Shown one piece after another: positions 42,297 to 51,856 of a DNA stretch of 64,000 bases (positions are counted from its first letter, which is position 1; each line of letters starts with the position of its first letter). The notes below the pieces were generated by a model. That model made no database searches. It was not told the origin of the DNA and worked only from the letters and a program-made list of their open reading frames with translations. The stretch lies in contig OZ025757.1 of NCBI GenBank assembly GCA_964019335.1, forward strand, positions 124,001-188,000, in the 5' to 3' direction. Source of the DNA: Diplonema japonicum. Its lineage: Eukaryota; Protista; Euglenozoa: Diplonemea. The position numbers and the translations under genes were made by a program.

Positions 42297-43592
42297 CCAT
42301 CTACCAACGGACCATTTTTGCCCACAGGGGGTAAATTTTCAAAACTTCAAAAAAAAACTATTCTAGCGCAACGCCGGGGCTATATGCCCCCGGAAATGCC
42401 TCCAGATGTCCCAATTCTAGAGAGAGGGTACCCACAGCAGGGCCCACCCCCACAACATTGTCAAAAATATCGTTCCCAAAGTGCTCGAGAGGGGTACAAA
42501 AAACAAGTCAAAAAAAATCGACTGTAAAATTCTATAAAAAGCTATTTAAGGCCTTCTTGACGCGGTTCGTACGTGCTCCAGGGCTGGGGCACTTGGTGGG
42601 GAGCGGGTCCTTTCCAGAGGGCCTCCGGTTTTCATTCTCTTTTGGCCGACACGTCAAATTTGACTTCACCAGAACATCCAACGTCGACAGAAAGCGCACA
42701 GGCATGATGTCATGCCACGTTGTGGTGCAAAGGATGCTCACGTGCTGGTGGAACTGGGTGTCTCCACAGGATGCGCGTCTTTGGGCTTGCGGCCTCGCTT
42801 CTTTGGGGCATCCATGATCTCCGGGAGGCCTTTGCGATAGGTAGAAGTCAGCACGCTTGTTTGTTTCGCTGCGGAAACACAGATTACCCAGAATAGTCAA
42901 AAAGCAGTCTCTTGACACGACGGTGGCGTACCCAGGGGTGTGGCTGAGAGACGTGGAGCCTGTGTGCCAGTAATCAGAATAATCTGGCTTGATATCCAAG
43001 TCCATCGACAAAAGGGCACCTAGGAAGGTACGCAAAGAAGCAGCATCGAGATCCAGGGAAACACCTTTTTTAGCCGCATTTGCCACATTGTTCGAAGTTA
43101 TGACCAAATAACGTTTGGGATGAGCATTTGGGAGAATATATGGTATGGCGTTGAGCCTCTGATGTCAAAACAGGGTCCACAAGGATTCCGATCTTCACGA
43201 AACCGGATGCCTTCCAACTGCTCCGGCTTTGCCGTCCAATCACCCTGCTGTGACTCGGAATCGGTCGAATTCGTATCAGAATCACTGTCTGTATCAAAAT
43301 TGCATAATAGGGATGAGCCATCAGTGCTACCATCACTCATAATGTCCTCTTCCGGCCTCTTTCTGGGTGCCCTTTTTTGAAGTGATTTTTAAGGGTAAAT
43401 TTGGGCTGGCGTTTTTTTTTTATTTTTTTCATTTTCTTGCAAAGTTAGGGCAGCATTTTGTTTATATTTTTCATATTTTCCGCGCAGGACCCCGGATGCG
43501 AGAAGTGGCCGGGCTGTATTGCATTGAAAGCACTTTGCGCAAAAGATTTTTTTTTTCAAATCGTCTCTATAAAGACGCTCGTTGGTAGATGG
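42297..43592 (-). mobile_element. Internally deleted piggyBac-like element, family A (1296 bp, both TIRs, TTAA TSD)
   Basis: TTAA(42293-96)-CCATCTACCAACG ... CGTTGGTAGATGG-TTAA(43593-96). Frameshifted transposase MSDGSTD..TPYHIFSQM / LRTFLGALLSMD..YSDYW..TPGYATVVSRDCFLTILGNLCF. Confidence 0.9.
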
Positions 43593-43622
43593 TTAAAAAA
43601 AAAAAAAAAAAAAGCTATTGAA

Positions 43623-43653
<31 letters not shown>

Positions 43654-43907
43654 CCGTCACGAGATATGAGTGTTAAAACAAATTTAAAATAGGGGGGGGG
43701 GGGGGGGGGGGCACGTTGGAAAGCGTTACCTTCAGGCTAAGGTGCGATTCACTCACCCGCAGAGCCAGGAATAGAAGCGCTTTGCAGCAAGGGGAAAGAA
43801 AGAAGAAAGAAGAAGAAGAAGAAAAAGAAGAAGAAAATAAGATTGCTGCACACAACTCTTATGATTAAGTTACATTCTTTACCTGCATTTTAATATTTTT
43901 CGGCAAT

Positions 43908-46700
43908 CTAAGAGCTGCCAGGAGGTGCGGTCCACTCCACCACCTCAGAGCCAGGGGTGTTCTTCACCACCTTCCCCAAGACACCATCGGTGAACCAGTT
44001 CGCCCCTAAACCAGCAAAGGTCATTGTGACTGCACGAATCTTCCAGCCATCCCCACCCTGTGCCCTGATCCGAACCTTGCGGGGGTGCTGCAGGATCCCA
44101 GTTGCAGTCATCACATGAACACTCCCCTGGGCAGGGGCCGCCACACTCCCCACAACCTGAACACTCCCATCCCAGTACTCCACCTCAATGGGGAAGGAGT
44201 GCGACGACTCTGCATAAGTTTCCGAAGCGGTCACCACCCCCACAGTGAAGTCCATCGAGTTCAAGGCGTACATGTTGCTCCGGAAGGTCCCCCCACAGAA
44301 GGCCTCCCCGTTCCCGATGCAAGGAGCGTTGCAATCCCCACTTGCAGCCGGAGGCTTGGAGCGGATGTCCTGCGTGCACCAGCAGGTGTCTCCCTTCTGT
44401 ATCCCAAAGAACTTGTAGTTCCGAACAGTGTCCCCACCACAGTACGCTGCACAGTGCTCAACTGACATCCCTGCAGAGACGTACGCCGTCCTCCCAACAT
44501 TGTCCTCGAAGCACCCCACATGAGAGAAGCGGACAGAACTCTTCACAGCCATGTTCCGGTGCCCGCTGGTTGCGCAGTCCGCTGCGTTTGTTCTGACCGA
44601 CTGCGCAAGTTCAGAAGCCCTGCCGCACCAACATTCGGATGTGAAGAGCGTCCCTGCATGGGTGTGCCCGGCGGTGTTACACAGTGCAAAGCACTGCTGT
44701 GGTGTATAGGCTGCGACGCTCCTCGACTTCAGGGCACGGTAGTCGGCGAAGCATCCTATGCCGTAAGAAGTCATTGGGGGTGGTGTGTGTCCGCTTATGG
44801 TGAACTTCCACATGGGGTAGAGGACAGGGACGGTAGCAGTTTCCCCAATCACCGCAAGATGGTTGCCAACCGCATGAACAGACCCGGTGCGCAAGTAGAA
44901 AACACCACCGCTATCCACGCTGTCGGGCACACGGGGCAAACTAATATCGTGAATCACAATATAAAAAACGCTGGGGCCTATCCTAACCATGCAGAAGAGG
45001 GCGTTCTCTGCGATGGCCACGGAGTAGCACCCGTTCCGAGTGATGTGGAAAGCAGGCTCCGAAGGTACCCCAACATCCACCACAAGCATGTTCGAGCTTG
45101 CAGACACGTAAGCCGTCTTGTCCTTCACAAGAACATCGTTCGCATCCACAATGTCCAGCTTCCCAAGCAACTTCGGCGACGACGGTTCACACACATCGAG
45201 AACCTGCAGACTCCGCCTGTCGACAAGGTACGCTGTTGTTCCCGAAACGACAACGGATTCTAAAGGTCCGGCGGTGCTGAAGCGCCCCACCTTCCGCATT
45301 ATGGAACCCCCTATGTTCATAACCACAAGACCCTTGAAACCGCAAGCAAAGTACGCGAAATCACCAACAACGCAAATCTTTCTCACATCCGGAAGCAAAA
45401 CACGTTCAACAAGCCGGGGAGTGCTTGAAATGTCAAGAACAAGCAGTTCCTTAGCACTCGATACATATAGTTGGGTTCCGACAGACGCGAAGGCAAGAAC
45501 CTGCTCCATATGCGGGTAAAACACCATATCAACAAGGCCCGGCCGGTAAATTTCAACCCCAACTGTATAAAAGCGAACGGTGGTCCCGTCGGGCGTGAGA
45601 TGCGCAACGACGGTACATTGCGGCACCGGAAAACTGTTCGAAAGAACCTTTTCAGTGGTGTAGTCATAGCGACTGAAACCGGGCTTGGACACGGTAATGT
45701 AAAACACCCCCTTTGTTGTAACGAATATCGCAGATGCTTGGACGAAATGCCGGGTCAACAACACGGGGGTGAGCGTCGCTACATTGTACACCGCTAGGTA
45801 CCTTTGCGTCAAAACATACAAAATGTTTCCACCGGATAGCTTCATCTCCACAATAGGAGAGTCTAGTGTGAATGTTGCCCAACTCCACGCGAATTCGTCG
45901 TATAAAAGTTCACCTCGCGGGCCTTCCATTTGCTTCTTAAATATTACATTGAGATTTGTCCCCTTGGCGGTGAAGCCGGTGTGCGAATCTCGGATAATAA
46001 GCTGCGTAACAGAATTGAAAGCTGCATTAGTTTGATACCATTTTTCTGTCACGGATAACGGTTCTGATGGGACCGGCAAATCATTCGTCTTCAGCCCCGT
46101 CTCGTCTGTAAAATAGTATCGCCACCCGTTGTGATGGTAGAACCCAAACTCTTCTCTAAATATCATTGTGTGCACATTTCTGCCGGGTTTTTGAAAGGTT
46201 CCGACGTATGCCGGGGCGAATCGTTCTGCAATGTTAAACCTCACAAGATCGGAGGTGGTGCTGCTCATTCCCGAAAAATACAAGGCATCACCAAGAACTG
46301 CAAGGTGTAAAAATTCGAAGCCGACCGCCCTCCCGTGAGTGGCGCTTCCTTTTAAAATCAGTTTTTTGGGGTCGGTTCGGTCGAACGCCCATACTTTGCG
46401 CGGTCCGACGGCATATAATGTGTCGGAATAGAACAGAATTATTTTCCAGATCTCTTCTTCGACTTTGTAACCACCGACAAGCTTCACATTATTGACATCG
46501 GACAAGTCGTACGCCAACACCCCGGCGTTGCCGAGGCCTCCTGCCGTGTATCCAGTGTTTCCGGCCACTTTTAAGTCTCGTTGTATCATGCCCTGTGGGT
46601 TCCAGTGCTTCTTCTCGGCCAGCCGTATGATGGGTGAGGCATCTACCAGGTTGATCAAAACCGTGCACAGTGCGAGAGATATAGAGGATAGTGTATTCAT
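43908..46700 (-). CDS. Secreted LVIVD/2xWSC/PLAT-like protein, copy 5 (subfamily A)
   Basis: 930 aa with signal peptide MNTLSSISLALCTVLINLVDA and the conserved C-terminus. Confidence 0.85.
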   Translation of the reverse strand: MNTLSSISLALCTVLINLVDASPIIRLAEKKHWNPQGMIQRDLKVAGNTGYTAGGLGNAGVLAYDLSDVNNVKLVGGYKVEEEIWKIILFYSDTLYAVGPRKVWAFDRTDPKKLILKGSATHGRAVGFEFLHLAVLGDALYFSGMSSTTSDLVRFNIAERFAPAYVGTFQKPGRNVHTMIFREEFGFYHHNGWRYYFTDETGLKTNDLPVPSEPLSVTEKWYQTNAAFNSVTQLIIRDSHTGFTAKGTNLNVIFKKQMEGPRGELLYDEFAWSWATFTLDSPIVEMKLSGGNILYVLTQRYLAVYNVATLTPVLLTRHFVQASAIFVTTKGVFYITVSKPGFSRYDYTTEKVLSNSFPVPQCTVVAHLTPDGTTVRFYTVGVEIYRPGLVDMVFYPHMEQVLAFASVGTQLYVSSAKELLVLDISSTPRLVERVLLPDVRKICVVGDFAYFACGFKGLVVMNIGGSIMRKVGRFSTAGPLESVVVSGTTAYLVDRRSLQVLDVCEPSSPKLLGKLDIVDANDVLVKDKTAYVSASSNMLVVDVGVPSEPAFHITRNGCYSVAIAENALFCMVRIGPSVFYIVIHDISLPRVPDSVDSGGVFYLRTGSVHAVGNHLAVIGETATVPVLYPMWKFTISGHTPPPMTSYGIGCFADYRALKSRSVAAYTPQQCFALCNTAGHTHAGTLFTSECWCGRASELAQSVRTNAADCATSGHRNMAVKSSVRFSHVGCFEDNVGRTAYVSAGMSVEHCAAYCGGDTVRNYKFFGIQKGDTCWCTQDIRSKPPAASGDCNAPCIGNGEAFCGGTFRSNMYALNSMDFTVGVVTASETYAESSHSFPIEVEYWDGSVQVVGSVAAPAQGSVHVMTATGILQHPRKVRIRAQGGDGWKIRAVTMTFAGLGANWFTDGVLGKVVKNTPGSEVVEWTAPPGSS

Positions 46701-47481
46701 CTTTTCACTTTTCCCTCTCCCTTTCCTCTCCCCTCCTCCTGGTATAAAAAGTTTTTTTTTTTTTTTCCAAAATTTTTAGAAATTACTTTAAGAATAACAA
46801 AAAAAAAAAAAAAAAAAAAAAAAAGAAAAGGGTGTTACTCGAAGAATAGGTTAAAACTGAGCAAAAAAAAAAAAAAAAAAAAAAAAGAAGAAGAAGAAGC
46901 TCGGTCTCCCTTTACCCTCCTTTTTTTCTTCTATAACATATGACGTAATGTCTTTTTTTTTTTTTCCCCTCGCACTACTCCAAAAAAAAGGGGGGGTGGG
47001 GAAGGAAAAAAAAAAAAAAAAAAAAAAAAAACGGGCACAAGTTAGTTCGAAGCAAAATGAAGTGCCAGGAGAAGGGCAGAGAAAAAAAAAACTAAAAGGA
47101 AAAAAAAAAGGGGGAAAAAAAAATTGCGGTGCGCTGGTGCTTATACCATGGACTGGGGGATCCTACATGCGTCTGTACACCATTCTGCTGTTGCGTCCTG
47201 GTGCCAGCCGTCGGAGTTTGTCAACTCAGTCATGGATGGTATCTGAGAACCTGCTCCAAGAATAGTCTCCAGATAAGGAGCTGTTTGGGTAGACGAGAAC
47301 AAGGGTCTCTTGTCAAGGGGGTGTACTCTGGCGGCTTAGACCATCGTGGTGGTTGACCGCCTTCTTTGTTCCAAGGGTACCACTTCAACCTGGCAGTCAG
47401 AGTTTAAAAAAAAAAAAAAACTCGATAAAATTTCAGTGTGCATGGGGGTGCTCACTGGTAAAAAAAAAAAAAGTCGCTTCA

Positions 47482-47527
<46 letters not shown>

Positions 47528-48024
47528 GCTTTTTTTTTTTTTTTCCCGCTCTACAAGTGAAAGTCCCAGGCAAGCCTCTTATCAAGTGCGTAAAACCAAG
47601 GTTCGAGTGCACGGGCCATAAACAGTGTGCAAGGAAACAACTACAATGTTATAGAAGAGAGCCGGTTCCAAAAGAGAAGGATGGGTGAAAGAAAGAAAAA
47701 AAAACGGGTGTAATAAGAGGCACTATTGCCTTTACGAAATGTAGAGCTGGTAAACCGAAACGAAAGGAGAGGGGGTGAACAAAAAAAAAAAAACCAAAAC
47801 GAAACGAAAAAAAAATGGAGCGGTGCAAAGCAAAGTTCTTTTGAATTGTACACAGAGTCGTGAACATATGCTGAAAGAGTGTTCAACATAAGACATAAGT
47901 ATAATGAAACACCCCTCACCGTTGGACAATAAAAAAAAAAAAGAGAAGAAAATGCGCTTGCAGGTAATAGGAAAGACGAACAAGGAAATAGTATAGAAAG
48001 AAGAATAATACAACTCGCCGTAAT

Positions 48025-50826
48025 CTAAGAGCTGCCAGGAGGTGCGGTCCACTCCACCACCTCAGAGCCAGGGGTGTTCTTCACCACCTTCCCCAAGACA
48101 CCATCGGTGAGCCAGTTCGCCCCTAAACCAGCAAAGGTCATTGTGACTGCATGAACCTTCCAGCCATCCCCACCCTGTGCCCTGATCCGAACCTTGCGGG
48201 GGTGCTGCAGGATCCCAGTTGCAGTCATCACATGAACACTCCCCTGGGCAGGGGCCGCCACACTCCCCACAACCTGAACACTCCCATCCCAGTACTCCAC
48301 CTCAATGGGGTAGGTGTGTTGCGACTCTGCATTGGTTTCCGAAGCGGTCACCACCCCCACAGTGAAGTCCATCGAGTTCAAGGCGTACATGTTGCTCCGG
48401 AAGGTCCCCCCACAGAAGGCCTCCCCGTTCCCGATGCAAGGAGCGTTGCAATCCCCACTTGCAGCCGGAGGCTTGGAGCGGATGTCCTGCGTGCACCAGC
48501 AGGTGTCTCCCTTCTGTATCCCAAAGAACTTGTAGTTCCGAACAGTGTCCCCACCACAGTACGCTGCACAGTGCTCAACTGACATCTCTGCAGAGACGTA
48601 CGCCGTCCTCCCAACATTGTCCTCGAAGCACCCCACATGAGAGAAGCGGACAGAACTCTTCACAGCCATGTTCTGGTGCCCGCTGGTTGCGCAGTCGTCT
48701 GAGTTTGTTCTGGCCGATTCCACAAGTTCAGAAGCCCCGCCGCACCAACATTCGGATGTGAAGAGCGTCCCTGCATGGGTGTGCCCGGCGGTGTTACACA
48801 GTGCAAAGCACTGCTGTGGTGTATAGGCTGCGACGCTCCTCGACTTCAGGGCACGGTAGTCGGCGAAGCATCCTGTGTCATGTGATGCCACTGTTGGTGT
48901 GTGCCCGCTTATGGTGTAGCCCCACGTGCCACTGGCACTAGATGGTAAAGGTGGGGCAATAAAGAGGATGTAAGCCGATACAAGGAACAGGTAGTTACCT
49001 GCTGCGTACAGGTTGGGTTTGACCAGCGGGTAACCGACGTTTACGCTACCCACGATAGTGGGCACACGAGGCGCGCTGATGTCTCGGATCACGATGCTAC
49101 CGGTAAAAAAATTGACAGAATCAAATTCCACGGCGATAAACAGAGCGTTGCCAGCAATTGCCATGCCACTAGACGGAGGGACGGCTTGGTTAAGGAGTAA
49201 AACAGGCACCGAAGGCGTCGCGACATCCACCACCACCAGGTTCTGTGTACCAATAACGTATGCCGTCGTATCCTTCACAAGAACCTCAGTTGCCCCAGCG
49301 ATGTCAAGCTTCGCAAGAAATTTCGGCGACGACGGTTCACACACATCGAGAACCTGCAAACTCTGCCCGTCAACAAGGTACGCTGTTGTCCCCGAAACGA
49401 TAACGGACGTCGCAACCCCGGCGTAGTGTCCCACCTTCCGCATTATGGAACCCCCTATGTTCATAACCACAAGACCCTTGGAACCGCAAGCAAAGTACGC
49501 AAAATTACCATCAATGTACATTTTTTCCACCCCGGGAAGCAGCATTCTTTCAACAAGCCGGGGGGTGCTTGAAATGTCAAGAACAAACAGTTGTGCCGCA
49601 CTGGAAACGAACAGTTGGGTTCCGACAGACGCGAAGGCGAGAACCTGGTCTTGGTAAAAGAAAAACTTGGGATTCGTCCCGGGTTGGTAGATCTCAATCC
49701 CGTAGTCCAAAAATCTTACCGAGGCACCGTCAGGAGTAACATGGGCAACAGGCAGCTTCATGGGGGGAACGTACACACTGCCTAACAACCCAGAGTTGAG
49801 AACGTAATTCCTCAACCCGTACCGGGATACCTGCATGAAAACACCCTTTGCGGTAACCATCAAAGAGAGCCCGATTACACTATATTCTTCGACAAAAGTT
49901 GGCGATTCCGGGATGGGGTACAAAGAGTACACGAGAAGCTTGGTGTAGACCAAAACGTAAAGATGATTCCCGTGAATTTCGATATCCTGGATGAAACCGC
50001 CTTGAGGATACGCGACGCTTGCGTGCCAGCTGAGATAGTTTGTCGGATCCGAACACTGGCTGCAAACCAGTTTGGAAATGTATAGCGTCGACCCCGTTGC
50101 AACGTAAAGGTACAAAGGTCGAACAGAAATTACCTGGCTGTAGAAAACGAATTTTGTAGCGGATGCGAAGCCTTGATGGTTCTGCACGAGCTTCTGGTTC
50201 ACGACGATCGGGTTGGTGTTGGAAGGGAGGTCGTTCGTCTTCAAACCATTTTCGTCGGAGTAGTAATACCTCCAGAGCAAACCATCAGAGACATATTCTT
50301 CAAGTTGGAACACTGCAGTTCTGGTGTGCGTTCCGAGCTTGCTGAGGACCCCGGTGTGGACAGGATTGAGACTATCAGCAATGTTGAAGTGGATAAGATC
50401 TGAATGTGTGTCGCTTCGCCCGGTAACATACAATTCGTGGCCTATGGCGGTAGCGGTGTCGACCCGAAAGCTGCTTGGGCGAGCGTGAGGTGCGGAATTT
50501 TTCAGAACCGGTTTCCAAGGATCGCTTGAATCAAAGGCCCACACGTTTTGTGCCCCTATGGCGTATAAAGTATTTGATCCGTGAACAATTACCCTCCACA
50601 CCTCTTCCCCAAGCTTGAAACCTGTCACAAATTTCGTGTTGCCAACGTCGGTCATGTCGTAGACCAGAAGCCCCGAAGAACCCCCTGCTACGTAACCTAC
50701 GTCACCGTTTAACTTCAAATCATATCCGCCAGGGCTGTGCCCCAAATACTTGTATTGCGTAATAGAAGGTTCCCCGGCGATGGTCAGTGCGAGGCACAGC
50801 ACGAGGAATATTGATGACGGGTCCAT
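48025..50826 (-). CDS. Secreted LVIVD/2xWSC/PLAT-like protein, copy 6 (subfamily A)
   Basis: 933 aa with signal peptide MDPSSIFLVLCLALTIAG and the conserved C-terminus. Confidence 0.85.
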   Translation of the reverse strand: MDPSSIFLVLCLALTIAGEPSITQYKYLGHSPGGYDLKLNGDVGYVAGGSSGLLVYDMTDVGNTKFVTGFKLGEEVWRVIVHGSNTLYAIGAQNVWAFDSSDPWKPVLKNSAPHARPSSFRVDTATAIGHELYVTGRSDTHSDLIHFNIADSLNPVHTGVLSKLGTHTRTAVFQLEEYVSDGLLWRYYYSDENGLKTNDLPSNTNPIVVNQKLVQNHQGFASATKFVFYSQVISVRPLYLYVATGSTLYISKLVCSQCSDPTNYLSWHASVAYPQGGFIQDIEIHGNHLYVLVYTKLLVYSLYPIPESPTFVEEYSVIGLSLMVTAKGVFMQVSRYGLRNYVLNSGLLGSVYVPPMKLPVAHVTPDGASVRFLDYGIEIYQPGTNPKFFFYQDQVLAFASVGTQLFVSSAAQLFVLDISSTPRLVERMLLPGVEKMYIDGNFAYFACGSKGLVVMNIGGSIMRKVGHYAGVATSVIVSGTTAYLVDGQSLQVLDVCEPSSPKFLAKLDIAGATEVLVKDTTAYVIGTQNLVVVDVATPSVPVLLLNQAVPPSSGMAIAGNALFIAVEFDSVNFFTGSIVIRDISAPRVPTIVGSVNVGYPLVKPNLYAAGNYLFLVSAYILFIAPPLPSSASGTWGYTISGHTPTVASHDTGCFADYRALKSRSVAAYTPQQCFALCNTAGHTHAGTLFTSECWCGGASELVESARTNSDDCATSGHQNMAVKSSVRFSHVGCFEDNVGRTAYVSAEMSVEHCAAYCGGDTVRNYKFFGIQKGDTCWCTQDIRSKPPAASGDCNAPCIGNGEAFCGGTFRSNMYALNSMDFTVGVVTASETNAESQHTYPIEVEYWDGSVQVVGSVAAPAQGSVHVMTATGILQHPRKVRIRAQGGDGWKVHAVTMTFAGLGANWLTDGVLGKVVKNTPGSEVVEWTAPPGSS

Positions 50827-50893
50827 GATAAATGTTTTCCCTCCTTTTCCTTTTTTTTTTTTTTTTTTTTTTTTTTTTGTCGGATCATCCGTC

Positions 50894-50925
<32 letters not shown>

Positions 50926-51856
50926 GGAATTTCAACACGTTTTACGAGTGTCTAGCAGAGAAAAGAAAAAGAAAAAGAAGGGGGGAGGGGGGAAAGAGAA
51001 TTGAAACAACACGTTTTTGGGAGAGCAAAGGTGCTTCCATACATGCATACTACCTACCCCACCCCCCCACCCCCCCCAGAGATAAAAAAATTAATTAAAA
51101 GAATATGTCCTGTTGTCCCAAAAAGAAAAAAAACTCAAAGTGCAGGACAAACCCCCTCATGGAGGGCCGCCCAAAAAAAAAAGAAGAAGAAAAAAAAACT
51201 CACTATGCCGAGCGGTGGAGGGGACATCAAAGCTGTTAACAATTGCCTGCTCTTTTTTTTAAATCCCACGGGAATCAGAAAATCTGCACGCAAACTGTTT
51301 TCAAATTCAAGGAATATTTGATGCCGCCTAGCATGGGGGGGTGGGTGGGGAGGAGGGGAGGGAGAGGGAGAAATACGCCATAAGCTGCAGCAAGCAAAAA
51401 TCAAAGAGAGAGGGAAAGAGAGAGAAAAAAAAAAAAAAAAACTGTCCCGCTGCTGCTTGTTTTACGCACTGCTATCTCGCTTCAAGACGAATAGCTCTCT
51501 TCGATCTGACAATACACTAATAGTTGATATAAAAAAAAATAAAAAAGAAATAACAAAAATGGGGGAGTGTGTGTCTTTGACATGCAAAAGAAAAAAAAAA
51601 TGCCGCAGATACAGCGTTTGCACAGAAATAAGAGAACAGATTCGGAGGGTGCCGTTCTCTAGAGCGGTATAAGAGGGGAAGGGGGGGAGAAAAAAATAGG
51701 ATCACAGAACAGGAGGAGCCCCCACAACATGCTCACTCTGCAAGCCTCTTGCAGCAGTGGGCATCCTTGTCAAGGTTGAACCATATAAATTTAAAGTAAA
51801 CGTTCGCCATCTAATTCTTTCTTTTTTTTTTTTGAGCAATTTTTCACCACCAAAAA

